NCBI GenBank assembly: GCA_041686025.1
Contig: JAWLEP010000032.1
Location: 1-28,494 of the forward strand
Source of the DNA: Candidatus Fermentibacteraceae bacterium
GTDB taxonomy: Bacteria; Fermentibacterota; Fermentibacteria; Fermentibacterales; JCC-6
DNA length: 28,494 nucleotides
Direction of reading: 5' to 3'
Positions 1 through 7,972 of the stretch are shown here, in pieces; within the stretch, counting starts at the first letter, position 1, and the number at the start of each line of letters is the position of its first letter. The notes beneath the pieces were generated by a model. It was not told the DNA's origin. It saw nothing but the letters and a program-made list of their open reading frames with translations, and ran no database searches. The translations under genes were made by a program, and so were the position numbers.

Positions 1-92
1 TTCGGGCAGCGCTCCCGCAGGCTTCGCCGGCTGACTCAGTAGGCTCCGAACCCTAACCGTCCATCCGGCAAAGACAAAGGCCGGGGCGGGTA

Positions 93-121
93 TTGTCCGC
101 AACAGAACCTGTGGGTAGAGT
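93..121 (+). promoter_or_regulatory. Putative sigma70-type promoter for the split-AOR/Nuo-like operon
   Basis: TTGTCC (93-98), 17-nt spacer, TAGAGT (116-121), in an AT-richer patch about 70 nt upstream of the first start codon. Confidence 0.45.
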
Positions 122-191
122 AATATACTGACAATCAGCGATGAGCCGGCCGAGGTGAAGCCGTCTGCTTCAAGAGAACCGGGGGATGCGC

Positions 192-977
192 ATGGCCGAG
201 ACAAAGAAGGCCCTGGACATATTGAAGGCCCAGAAGGTGCTGGGGGAGTTCAGCTACGAGCCCGCAAGGGCCGAGAAGGGGTACACGGGGGAGATACTCA
301 GGGTGGACCTCTCGGAGCCCTCCTTCAGGATCGTGCCCGTAACCGACCGGATGAAGGATCTGTTCGTTGGGGGACGGGGGTTCGACCTGCTGATGGCCTG
401 GCAGGAGGTCACTGCCAGGACCAAGTGGGACAGCCCCGAGAACCCAATCTGCATAGCGTCGGGTCCGCTGGGAGGCACCACCTCCTTCCCGGGGGCCGGG
501 AACACCGCAATCGCGACCATATCCCCGGCCACCGGATCCGTGGTCGATTCCAGCACCGGCGGTCACTTCGGGCCGCTGCTGAAGTTCGCCGGCTTCGACG
601 GGCTGGTCTTAGTGGGCCAGGCCGAAGCGGACGTCATCGTCAGCATAGACGGCGTGGCCGGACTGGTGACTCTGGAGGAGAGCCCGCTTCTGTCCATCGA
701 TACTCACCTGGCGGTGCGTGAGCTCTCCGAAATGTATACAGAAGAAGGCGAAGAGCGACACCCCCTCTCCACCGTAACCGCAGGAAGGGGCGCTGAGAAC
801 AGCTGGATGGGCTGCCTGAACCTCTCCTGGTGGGACCCGGGACGAAGAACCATGCGCGTCCGTCAGGGAGGCCGCGGCGGCGCCGGCACCGTATTCCGCC
901 GCAAGGGCCTGAAGGCCCTGGTGGTGAAGGCTCCCCGCACCGCTCCCGAGCTCGTCCTGGAGGGGGAGGGTGATTAG
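192..977 (+). CDS. Aldehyde:ferredoxin oxidoreductase (AOR/WOR family), N-terminal domain only
   Basis: AFOR_N motifs GYTGEILRVDLS, FVGGRGF, SPENPI..SGPLGG, SPATG..DSSTGGHFGPLLKFAGFDGL and GRGGAGTVF.RKGLKALVV. The ORF stops right after domain 1. ATG 192 chosen from the GGGGGA RBS (alternative ATG 186). Confidence 0.9.
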   Translation: MAETKKALDILKAQKVLGEFSYEPARAEKGYTGEILRVDLSEPSFRIVPVTDRMKDLFVGGRGFDLLMAWQEVTARTKWDSPENPICIASGPLGGTTSFPGAGNTAIATISPATGSVVDSSTGGHFGPLLKFAGFDGLVLVGQAEADVIVSIDGVAGLVTLEESPLLSIDTHLAVRELSEMYTEEGEERHPLSTVTAGRGAENSWMGCLNLSWWDPGRRTMRVRQGGRGGAGTVFRRKGLKALVVKAPRTAPELVLEGEGD

Positions 978-1434
978 TGTGGAGAGCAGGGACATGGTCG
1001 ACAGAATCGTCGAAAGGTGGGGCCACGACCCCGAGTACGTCACGGAGATGCTGCAGGACATTCAGGATGAGTACCGCTGCATACCCCGGGAGTCCCTGGA
1101 CAGAGTGGCCCGGCTGACGGGGGTTCCCGTGGGAAGGCTCCTCCACCTGGCAACTTTCTACTCCAGCCTGAGCCTCGACCCCAGGGGTGAGCATCGGATA
1201 CAGGTGTGCATGGGCAGCTCCTGCTTCCTGGCGGGAGCACCGGAGCTGATTGGTGCCCTGGAGAGGGCGCTGGGCATCGAAGAGGGGGAGACCACGGAAG
1301 ACGGGCGATTCTCCCTGCAGCGGGTGAGGTGCCTGGGCTGCTGCGGGACCGGACCCGCAGTGGCGGTAAACGGCGAGGTTGTTGGATCCGTGAGACCATC
1401 GGAGGTCGAAGACCTCCTGGCGCGTTTCCAGTAG
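970..1434 (+). CDS. NuoE/HydC-like [2Fe-2S] thioredoxin-fold subunit
   Basis: LQDIQDEYRCIP, ATFYSSLSLDPRGEH, CMGSSC...CLGCC. The GTG start overlaps the end of the upstream gene. Confidence 0.92.
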   Translation: MISVESRDMVDRIVERWGHDPEYVTEMLQDIQDEYRCIPRESLDRVARLTGVPVGRLLHLATFYSSLSLDPRGEHRIQVCMGSSCFLAGAPELIGALERALGIEEGETTEDGRFSLQRVRCLGCCGTGPAVAVNGEVVGSVRPSEVEDLLARFQ

Positions 1435-1450
1435 GAAGGGGCTTGCGATC

Positions 1451-3319
1451 ATGACGCTGGAGGAGCTGAAGGATCTGCAGGAAAAGGCCCGGAAGCGGCG
1501 CCAGGGCTACGAGAAGGTAATCCTGGTCTGTACGGGCTCGGCCTGTGCCGCCAGGGGCTCTTCAGACCTGGAGGACAGGCTGGAGGGCGAGCTGATAAAG
1601 AGGGACCTCTCCAGCGACTGCCTGGTGGTGGCCGGCGGCTGTCTGGGGCTGTGCTCCGAGGGGCCGCTGCTGTTGATACAGCCGGACGGCATTCTCTACA
1701 CCAGAGTGGCCGAGGACGACCTGAGGGACATCATCTCCCAGCACCTGCAGGACGGCAAGCCGGTGGAGAGGCTGATGTACCGAAGCGGCGAGAAGATATG
1801 TCCCCGGATGGAGGACATCGCGTTCTTCGGCCGCCAGCAGCCGGTGGTCCTGGAGAACCGGACCTTCTCCAACCCAGAGAGCCTGGACGACTACCTGGCC
1901 GCGGGAGGATACAGGGCCCTGGCCAGGGCCCTTGCGGACATGTCCCGCGAGGAGGTGGCGGATGCCGTGGCAGCCTCGGGCCTGCGGGGCCGGGGGGGCC
2001 AGGACGTCCCCACCGGCATGAAATGGCGCAGGTGCCATGAGGCAGCCGGAGAGGCCGGGGAGATTCCCTTCATCGTCTGCAACGCCGACGACAGCGATCC
2101 CGGCGGGTTCAAGGACGCCAGGATTGTCGAATCCGACCCCCATGCGCTCCTGGAGGGCCTTCTTATCGGGGCCTACGCCATCGGAGCCCGGGAGGGCTTC
2201 GTCTACATCCGCGGGGAGTATCCGCTGGCGCTGAAGAGGCTCGGCCGGGCCATCGAGCAGGCCAGGGACAGGAACCTCCTGGGCGAGAACATTCTGCAGA
2301 CGGGATTCAGCTTCGACGTGCTGGTGCGCAGGGGAGCGGGGGCATTCGTCTGCGGCGAGTCCTCGGCCCTGCTGGCCGCCCTGGCGGGTCTGCCGCCGGA
2401 GGCCCACGACCTGTACGTAGACCCCACGGAGAGGGGCTTCCGGGGAAGGCCCACGGTGATAAACAACGTCGAGACCCTGGCCAACGTACCCAGGATACTG
2501 GACAGGGGACCGGATTGGTTCGCATCCATCGGCGCCGGCGAGGTCTCGGGGGATTCCGTCTCCGGCAGCACCGGAACCAGGGTGCTGGGCGTCTCGGGAG
2601 ACGCGGCCAACACCGGCCTGGTGGAGGTGCCCATGGGCACCCGGCTGCGGGAGCTGGTCTTCGACGTGGCCGGAGGCGCAGCCGGTAACGCGGGGCTCAA
2701 GGCGGTCCAGGTGGGAGGACCCACCGGGGCAGTGCTGCCCGAGAGCGGTCTGGACATCGAGCTGGAGGCCGATGCCCTTGCGGGGGCGGGAGTCTCCCTG
2801 GGCTCGGGGATGGTGACCGTGATGGACCGGGACACCTGCATGGTGCGATACGCCCGGTACTGCACGGACCTGCTTCTGGAGGAATCCTGCGGCAAGTGCG
2901 CCCCCTGTCGCGAAGGCCTGGCGGCCATGTCCGCCATACTGGGCAGGATCACCGGCGGCGCCGGCAGCACCGAGGACCTGGGCCTCCTGGAGGAGCTGGG
3001 CAGCACCATGAGCGAGTGCAGCATCTGCGGGCTGGGCAGGCGGGCGGCGGTTCCGGTGCTGAGCACCATGCGCAGCTTCCCCGAGGAGTACGCGGCCCAC
3101 ATCGATGAGGGCCGCTGTCCGGCAGGGCAGTGCACCGAGCTGATCCGTTTCGAGATCGAGGAGGGAAAATGCACCGGCTGCACCGCCTGCGCAGAGGTCT
3201 GTCCCACGGACGCCATCTCCGGTGAGCCCGGTGAGACCCACGTAATCGACGATCAAGCATGTATCCGCTGCGGAATGTGCAGGGATGTCTGCAGGTTCGA
3301 CGCCGTGGAGGTGCGCTGA
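1451..3319 (+). CDS. NuoF/HydB-like flavoprotein (N-terminal 2Fe-2S, FMN/NAD(P) domain, SLBB, 4Fe-4S, C-terminal 2x[4Fe-4S])
   Basis: CTGSAC...CLGLC; SGLRGRGG; CNAD..DPG; GAGAFVCGE; INNVETLAN; GGPTG; ESCGKCAPCREG...CGLG; H...CPAGQC; CTGCTACAEVCP; CIRCGMCRDVC. Confidence 0.95.
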   Translation: MTLEELKDLQEKARKRRQGYEKVILVCTGSACAARGSSDLEDRLEGELIKRDLSSDCLVVAGGCLGLCSEGPLLLIQPDGILYTRVAEDDLRDIISQHLQDGKPVERLMYRSGEKICPRMEDIAFFGRQQPVVLENRTFSNPESLDDYLAAGGYRALARALADMSREEVADAVAASGLRGRGGQDVPTGMKWRRCHEAAGEAGEIPFIVCNADDSDPGGFKDARIVESDPHALLEGLLIGAYAIGAREGFVYIRGEYPLALKRLGRAIEQARDRNLLGENILQTGFSFDVLVRRGAGAFVCGESSALLAALAGLPPEAHDLYVDPTERGFRGRPTVINNVETLANVPRILDRGPDWFASIGAGEVSGDSVSGSTGTRVLGVSGDAANTGLVEVPMGTRLRELVFDVAGGAAGNAGLKAVQVGGPTGAVLPESGLDIELEADALAGAGVSLGSGMVTVMDRDTCMVRYARYCTDLLLEESCGKCAPCREGLAAMSAILGRITGGAGSTEDLGLLEELGSTMSECSICGLGRRAAVPVLSTMRSFPEEYAAHIDEGRCPAGQCTELIRFEIEEGKCTGCTACAEVCPTDAISGEPGETHVIDDQACIRCGMCRDVCRFDAVEVR

Positions 3320-5274
3320 TGGCCAGGCGAACGATGTGCAAGGTGGAGATAGACGGCAGAGAGGTGGAGGTCCCCCGCGGGGCCACCGTCATGGAGGCGG
3401 CCCGCAGGGCGGGAATCGGCATACCCGCGCTCTGCAGCGAAGAGCTGGCGGAGCCCTACGGCGCCTGCAGGCTGTGCATGGTGGACGCCGATGACGGCGG
3501 CGGCAGGCGGCTGGTGGCGGCATGCACCTTCCCTGTCCGGGGGGACATGAAGGTGGAGACCTCCTCGGAGCGGGCGGTATCCCACCGCAGGATGGTCACG
3601 GAGATGCTTCTGGCCCGGTGGCCCGAAGCGGAGGCCCTGTTGGAGCTGGCCCGCTCCCAGGGACTGGAGGCCCCGCGGTTCGAGAATCCCCGGGAGGACC
3701 GCAGCCCCCACCCCTGCATCCTCTGCGGGCTTTGCGTCAATGTATGCAGGGACCTGGTGGGCCGCAGCGCCATCCACTTCTCCGGCCGCGGCGCACACCG
3801 GAAGCTGGAGCTGCCGGCGGCGGGGGACGACATCTGCACCGGATGTGGAGTATGCGTTGCGGTCTGTCCAACCGGCGCCCTTGCTCTCCGAAACGATCCC
3901 AACAACCCCCATGATGGAGAGACTGTACGCCGGGCGGGCATGGAGATCACCCGGGAGATCGCCCGCTCCCGCGGCAGACAGTCGCGGCTGCGGGAAGCAG
4001 GGACCGTACACCTCGCCGGCAGCATGAACCGCAGCGGGAGGCTTCCGGTGATGAACCACCGCATGGGCTCCCACGAGGATGCGGCCGGAATCTCGGCCGA
4101 TGCCTTCGAAGGGAAATTCGACGCCGGGATGCCCGACGACTGCTGGCTGGGATGCACGCTCTCCTGCCGCAAGGGTGTCTCCGGCTTCATGCCGAAGACC
4201 GGTCCGTACAAGGGGGACGAGGTCCTGGTGGAGGGGCCGGACTACCGCGCCGCGGCAGGGGCGGCGAACATGGGCGTGTTCGACCCGGAGTTCGTCATGG
4301 AGTACAGCTTCTACTGCACCACCTACGCCATCGACGTCATCTCCTTCTCCGCCTCCGCCGCCTTCGCCATGGAGTGCTTCGAGGAGGGCATACTGGACGC
4401 CGAGAGCACCGGGGGGATGGAGCTTCACTTCGGGGACGCCGACGCCGCCCTGGACCTGCTGCACGCCACCGCCGGGTCCAGGGGCTTCGGGCGGATAGCG
4501 GGCAAGGGCATCCGCTTCATGAAGTTCTACTTCGAGGAGCACTACGGCGCCGACCCGGCCTTCCTGGACGACATCGGCATGGAGTGCAGGGGCCTGGAGT
4601 ACCCCCAGTGCTGCACCGCCGAGTCTCCGGCCCTGCAGGCGGCCTGCGGGGCCGCCTCCGGAGGCTACCTGCAGGACGGTGACTGGCCCCTCATGGCCGG
4701 CCTTGGCGAGGAAGCCGGACAGGACCCCGAGGCGCTGGCGCAAGCCGTCCACAGCAGCCAGCTCTGGGCCAGCTGGTTCGGTCTGGCCGGCCTCTGCGCC
4801 CTGCCATGGACCTCCATGGACCCGGAGAGGGCCCCGGAGCGGGTGGAGAGCTACAGCAGCCTCTTCGAGGCGGTAACCGGCAGGGAGGTCTCTCCGGTGG
4901 ATCTTCTGAAGATGTCAGAGAGGGTCCACAACTTCCGCCGGGTCTTCGACCTGCGCATGGGCCACGGCACCCGGGAAGAGGACAGGGTGCCCTATCGGGC
5001 ACAGGGTCCGGCCACGGAGTCCGAGTACGAGTCCCGCAGTGACCGCTACGACCGCCAGCTGAAGGATGAAGCCGGCATCGATCCCGCCGGCATGTCCACC
5101 GCCGAGAGGCTGGCGGCGCTGAGGAAGCACAGGGAGGAGCTATACTCCGATCTTCTATCCGCCCTGTACAGGCTGAGGGGTTGGAACGGGAAGGGGGAGC
5201 CCACCGCCGGGAAGCTGATCAGGCTGGGCATCGACTTCCCCGAGGTCCTGGACGTTGTAAAGCCCGGCGGCTGA
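3319..5274 (+). CDS. Fusion of a NuoG/HydA-N-like FeS module ([2Fe-2S] + 2x[4Fe-4S]) with AOR/WOR C-terminal domains 2-3
   Basis: ATG 3319 overlaps the upstream TGA (TGATG). N-part: IDGREVEV, IPALC..YGACRLCMV..LVAAC, CILCGLCVNVC, CTGCGVCVAVCPTGAL. C-part: AGTVHL, LPVMNH, CWLGCTLSC, EGPDY, AFAMECFEEG, GLAGLCALPW, LYRLRGWNGKGEPT (AFOR_C). Confidence 0.9.
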   Translation: MARRTMCKVEIDGREVEVPRGATVMEAARRAGIGIPALCSEELAEPYGACRLCMVDADDGGGRRLVAACTFPVRGDMKVETSSERAVSHRRMVTEMLLARWPEAEALLELARSQGLEAPRFENPREDRSPHPCILCGLCVNVCRDLVGRSAIHFSGRGAHRKLELPAAGDDICTGCGVCVAVCPTGALALRNDPNNPHDGETVRRAGMEITREIARSRGRQSRLREAGTVHLAGSMNRSGRLPVMNHRMGSHEDAAGISADAFEGKFDAGMPDDCWLGCTLSCRKGVSGFMPKTGPYKGDEVLVEGPDYRAAAGAANMGVFDPEFVMEYSFYCTTYAIDVISFSASAAFAMECFEEGILDAESTGGMELHFGDADAALDLLHATAGSRGFGRIAGKGIRFMKFYFEEHYGADPAFLDDIGMECRGLEYPQCCTAESPALQAACGAASGGYLQDGDWPLMAGLGEEAGQDPEALAQAVHSSQLWASWFGLAGLCALPWTSMDPERAPERVESYSSLFEAVTGREVSPVDLLKMSERVHNFRRVFDLRMGHGTREEDRVPYRAQGPATESEYESRSDRYDRQLKDEAGIDPAGMSTAERLAALRKHREELYSDLLSALYRLRGWNGKGEPTAGKLIRLGIDFPEVLDVVKPGG

Positions 5275-5305
5275 CCTACACGGCCGCCTCTCGACGGAGG
5301 TTGAA

Positions 5306-6400
5306 ATGAGAGTCTGTCTTCTCCTGGCGGCGCTGGCCGCCGCGGCCGCCCCCTGCTACGAGGTGGTGGACGCATCCCGCATAGACCCCTACTCCCCCGA
5401 CGAAGGGGACTTCCTGACGGTTGACCTCCCCAGGCTGGAGAGGCAGGCCCGGGAGGCCTACCTCGCCGGCGATTTCGAGGAGGCGGCCCGCTACTACCTG
5501 GCCGCGCTTCGATACGACGTGTCCGATGCGGGCAACATCTACAACCTGGCCTGCTGCTACGGCCTCCTGGGCGAGGCGGAGCTGGCCGCCCGCTACCTGG
5601 CCCTGTCGGTGGAGGCCGGGTTCGCCAACCTGGGCCACATCCAGTGGGACCCGGACCTGGACCCGGTAAGGGAGGACCCGGCGTTCTCGGCAGCCATGGA
5701 CACCCTCTCGACGCAGATACTGACCCGGAGGCGCGAGCTGGGGACGCTACTCTACATGGAGTCGAAGACCCTCCTGCCGTGCCGGGTGCATACACCCCCG
5801 GGATACGACTCCTCCGCCGCGCTGCCGCTGGTGGTGGGACTGCACGGCTACGGCAGCAACCCCGACGACTTCTCCGGCCTGTGGAGCGTGTTCGAGGAGC
5901 CGGAGTTCATCTTCGCCGCCCCCAGGGCCCCCTTCGAGATGGAGGGAGTGGATTTCCGGGGGTACAGCTGGATGATGGGCGAGCCGGGCACCGCGACCTT
6001 CGACAGGGCGGCGCCGGTTGCCGAGGAGTACATACTGGCAGCGGTGGGCGATCTCACAGAGCGCTACCCGGTCTCCAGCGTCTATCTGATGGGGCATTCC
6101 CAGGGCGGGGGCCTCACCTACGAGACAGGCCTCCGCAACCCGGACGTCTTCGACGGGCTGGTGGTGAACGCCGGCTGGCTGGACAGGGAGTGGATCCCCG
6201 ACGAGGTGCTGCAGGCCGCCAGCGGGTTGCCGGTACTCATCATCCACGGAACCAGGGACCGGTCGGTGGAGTTCGAGGCGGCCCTGGAGGCGGAGCGGGT
6301 GCTGGAGGGCTTCGGCTACGACGTTACCCTCTTCGACTTCGAAGGCGCCCACAGGGTGCCGGCGGAGGGCCTGCACACCATGCAGGAGTGGATGGAGTAG
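5306..6400 (+). CDS. Secreted TPR-containing alpha/beta hydrolase (phospholipase/carboxylesterase-like)
   Basis: GGAGG RBS; signal peptide; TPR-like YNLACCYGLLG..A..YLALSVEAGF; LHGYG oxyanion motif; GHSQG nucleophile; HGTRD; GAH. Confidence 0.85.
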   Translation: MRVCLLLAALAAAAAPCYEVVDASRIDPYSPDEGDFLTVDLPRLERQAREAYLAGDFEEAARYYLAALRYDVSDAGNIYNLACCYGLLGEAELAARYLALSVEAGFANLGHIQWDPDLDPVREDPAFSAAMDTLSTQILTRRRELGTLLYMESKTLLPCRVHTPPGYDSSAALPLVVGLHGYGSNPDDFSGLWSVFEEPEFIFAAPRAPFEMEGVDFRGYSWMMGEPGTATFDRAAPVAEEYILAAVGDLTERYPVSSVYLMGHSQGGGLTYETGLRNPDVFDGLVVNAGWLDREWIPDEVLQAASGLPVLIIHGTRDRSVEFEAALEAERVLEGFGYDVTLFDFEGAHRVPAEGLHTMQEWME

Positions 6401-6417
6401 TCCCGGAACCCGGCCCG

Positions 6418-6780
6418 TTACTCCCCGCCGGCCAGCAGCTCCGCCGCGGCGTCCACGTCGATCTCCCCCGCCTCCAGCTTCTGCAGGACCACCATGGGGT
6501 CGGGGCCCGGTGGTCCCTCCTCCAGCGCGGCGAACATCTCCTCCATCCGCTGCCTGGCAGTGGGATAGGATACGCCCAGCTCCCCCTGCACTGCCCGGAC
6601 GTTTCCCCGGGCCCTCAGGAAGGCGTCGAAGATCCTCCGGTGCTCCCCGTCCAGCCGGCAGGCGGGACAGAGGTCGAAGTCACCGGTCACCTCCGTTCCG
6701 CAGACCGGGCACTCCAGCCGCACCACCCTCATGGAGGCGCCGCAGGAGGGACATCGCGGAGGTACCCTTCCCTCATCCAT
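6418..6780 (-). CDS. DUF2089 family protein (Zn ribbon + HTH)
   Basis: CPSC...CPVCGTEVTGDF, FLRARGNVRAVQGELGVSYPTARQR, C-terminal L.AGEIDVDAAAELL. Confidence 0.88.
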   Translation of the reverse strand: MDEGRVPPRCPSCGASMRVVRLECPVCGTEVTGDFDLCPACRLDGEHRRIFDAFLRARGNVRAVQGELGVSYPTARQRMEEMFAALEEGPPGPDPMVVLQKLEAGEIDVDAAAELLAGGE

Positions 6781-7699
6781 CCTCTCGCCTCTTCACGGAT
6801 ATGTTCCCGCCCAGCGTCTTCACCGAGAGCGAGGAGCCGGCTCCGCCCTCGCAGCTCAGGGTCCCCCTGCTGGCACCCGGGCCGCCCTTGAGGTCCACCC
6901 TGCCCAGGGACTCGTCGATGCTCACTTCGCCCCCCATCGTCTTCGCGCTCAGCGAAGAGACCGCGCCGGTGGGCAGGCTGACCGATATGTCGCCCCCCAT
7001 GGTCTTGGCCGCGCAGGCTCCCGAGAGCTCTCCGGAAACCCCCAGCAGTATGGAGCCCCCCATGGTCTTGGCGGAGAGGGCGCCCTGGACGTCCTCCATG
7101 GAAATGCCGCCCCCCAGGGTCTTCACCGAAAGCTCCCGCGACATCCCCGAGGCGCTGACGTCGCCGCCGGTGGTCCGCACCTCCACCGGGGCCGAGGCCG
7201 GAACGCCGGCCTCCAGGAGGCCGTCGCCCCATACCACGACGATCATCTCCTCGTCGCCCATAACCTTCAGGCTCTCCATATCGCCCCCCACCTGGAGCGT
7301 GCTCTCCCCGTGCCCCTGCAGCGCGAGGTTTCCGCCCTCCCGCCTGCGGGTGCGGAAAACCAGCCTGCACCCCTCCGGGACCTCTATGGGGCCGGCGGAA
7401 TGGTCTATGACCTCCAGGTCCTCGTACACATCGGTGTCGAAGGAGTCGCCGGAGTCGATGTCGATTGTGGACACGGCTGACTCCACGGCGTTCCGCACCG
7501 CCGGGCCTATGCCGGACAGCGCCGAGAGCACCGACTCGAACCCCCGGGAGTGCCGCGGGGGCCTGGGGGCCCTCCCCCGGGCCTGCTGCCTTCCCTCCCC
7601 TGCGCCATTCTCCAGGGCCGACAGCAGCTTCGCGCCGTCATCGGCCGAGATCTTTCCCTCGGCCACCATCTCCAGGATCTTCTTCCTCTCTTCGTCCAT
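6773..7699 (-). CDS. SHOCT-like domain + DUF4097 beta-repeat protein
   Basis: MDEERKKILEMVAEGKISADDGAKLLSAL (SHOCT-like) followed by repeated (K/R)T(M/L/T)GG(D/G/S/E/N)(I/V) units. ATG 7699 has an AAGGA RBS. Overlaps the DUF2089 gene, a common pairing. Confidence 0.85.
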   Translation of the reverse strand: MDEERKKILEMVAEGKISADDGAKLLSALENGAGEGRQQARGRAPRPPRHSRGFESVLSALSGIGPAVRNAVESAVSTIDIDSGDSFDTDVYEDLEVIDHSAGPIEVPEGCRLVFRTRRREGGNLALQGHGESTLQVGGDMESLKVMGDEEMIVVVWGDGLLEAGVPASAPVEVRTTGGDVSASGMSRELSVKTLGGGISMEDVQGALSAKTMGGSILLGVSGELSGACAAKTMGGDISVSLPTGAVSSLSAKTMGGEVSIDESLGRVDLKGGPGASRGTLSCEGGAGSSLSVKTLGGNISVKRREDG

Positions 7700-7736
7700 G
7701 ACCGTTCCTTTCATTGTGCGTTTCCGTGACGCACAT

Positions 7737-7764
7737 ATAGTAACTGTATTTGCTATATTGTCAA
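7737..7764 (-). promoter_or_regulatory. Putative sigma70 promoter for the DUF4097-DUF2089 operon
   Basis: Minus strand TTGACA (7764-7759), 16-nt spacer, TACTAT (7742-7737). Confidence 0.6.
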
Positions 7765-7972
7765 GTCTACTTGCCAGAATTGAAAGGGGACGGAGGTATT
7801 TTAACTCAAATACGCGAGTAATCGACTCCGCGCCTATCGACAGGAGTCTTTGAGGTCCGAATGGAACCGCATGATCATCCATCTGTTGTAATTCCTAGAC
7901 AAGTAGTAAGTCATGCAGTAGTTATAGTCAGCAGGCTGGCACAGCTTCAAGCAAACCTTCCTGGAGGAAACA

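Noticed and set aside
1..42. Open frame FGQRSRRLRRLTQ* at the left edge
   Set aside because: May be the tail of an upstream gene but is too short to support a call.
43..190. Possible Moco/Wco riboswitch ahead of the AOR-like gene (CTCCGAACCCTAA, small hairpins)
   Set aside because: Only a few bases resemble the motif, the closing stem and GAAA-loop elements are not evident, and most of it lies upstream of the predicted promoter. An Rfam scan would settle it.
960..3900. Transposon-like insertion scars around the Nuo-like cassette
   Set aside because: No terminal inverted repeats, target duplications or recombinase seen; any insertion is ancient.
1562..4752. Long antisense ORFs (1562-3256, 3253-4752) and similar ones elsewhere
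   Set aside because: Shadow frames expected from high-GC codon bias opposite well-supported genes; no motifs.
6810..7180. Repeated CCCCCATGGTCTTGGC-like DNA units about 60 nt apart, superficially CRISPR-like
   Set aside because: They encode the KT(M/L)GG beta-repeats of the DUF4097 protein, are degenerate, and there are no cas genes.
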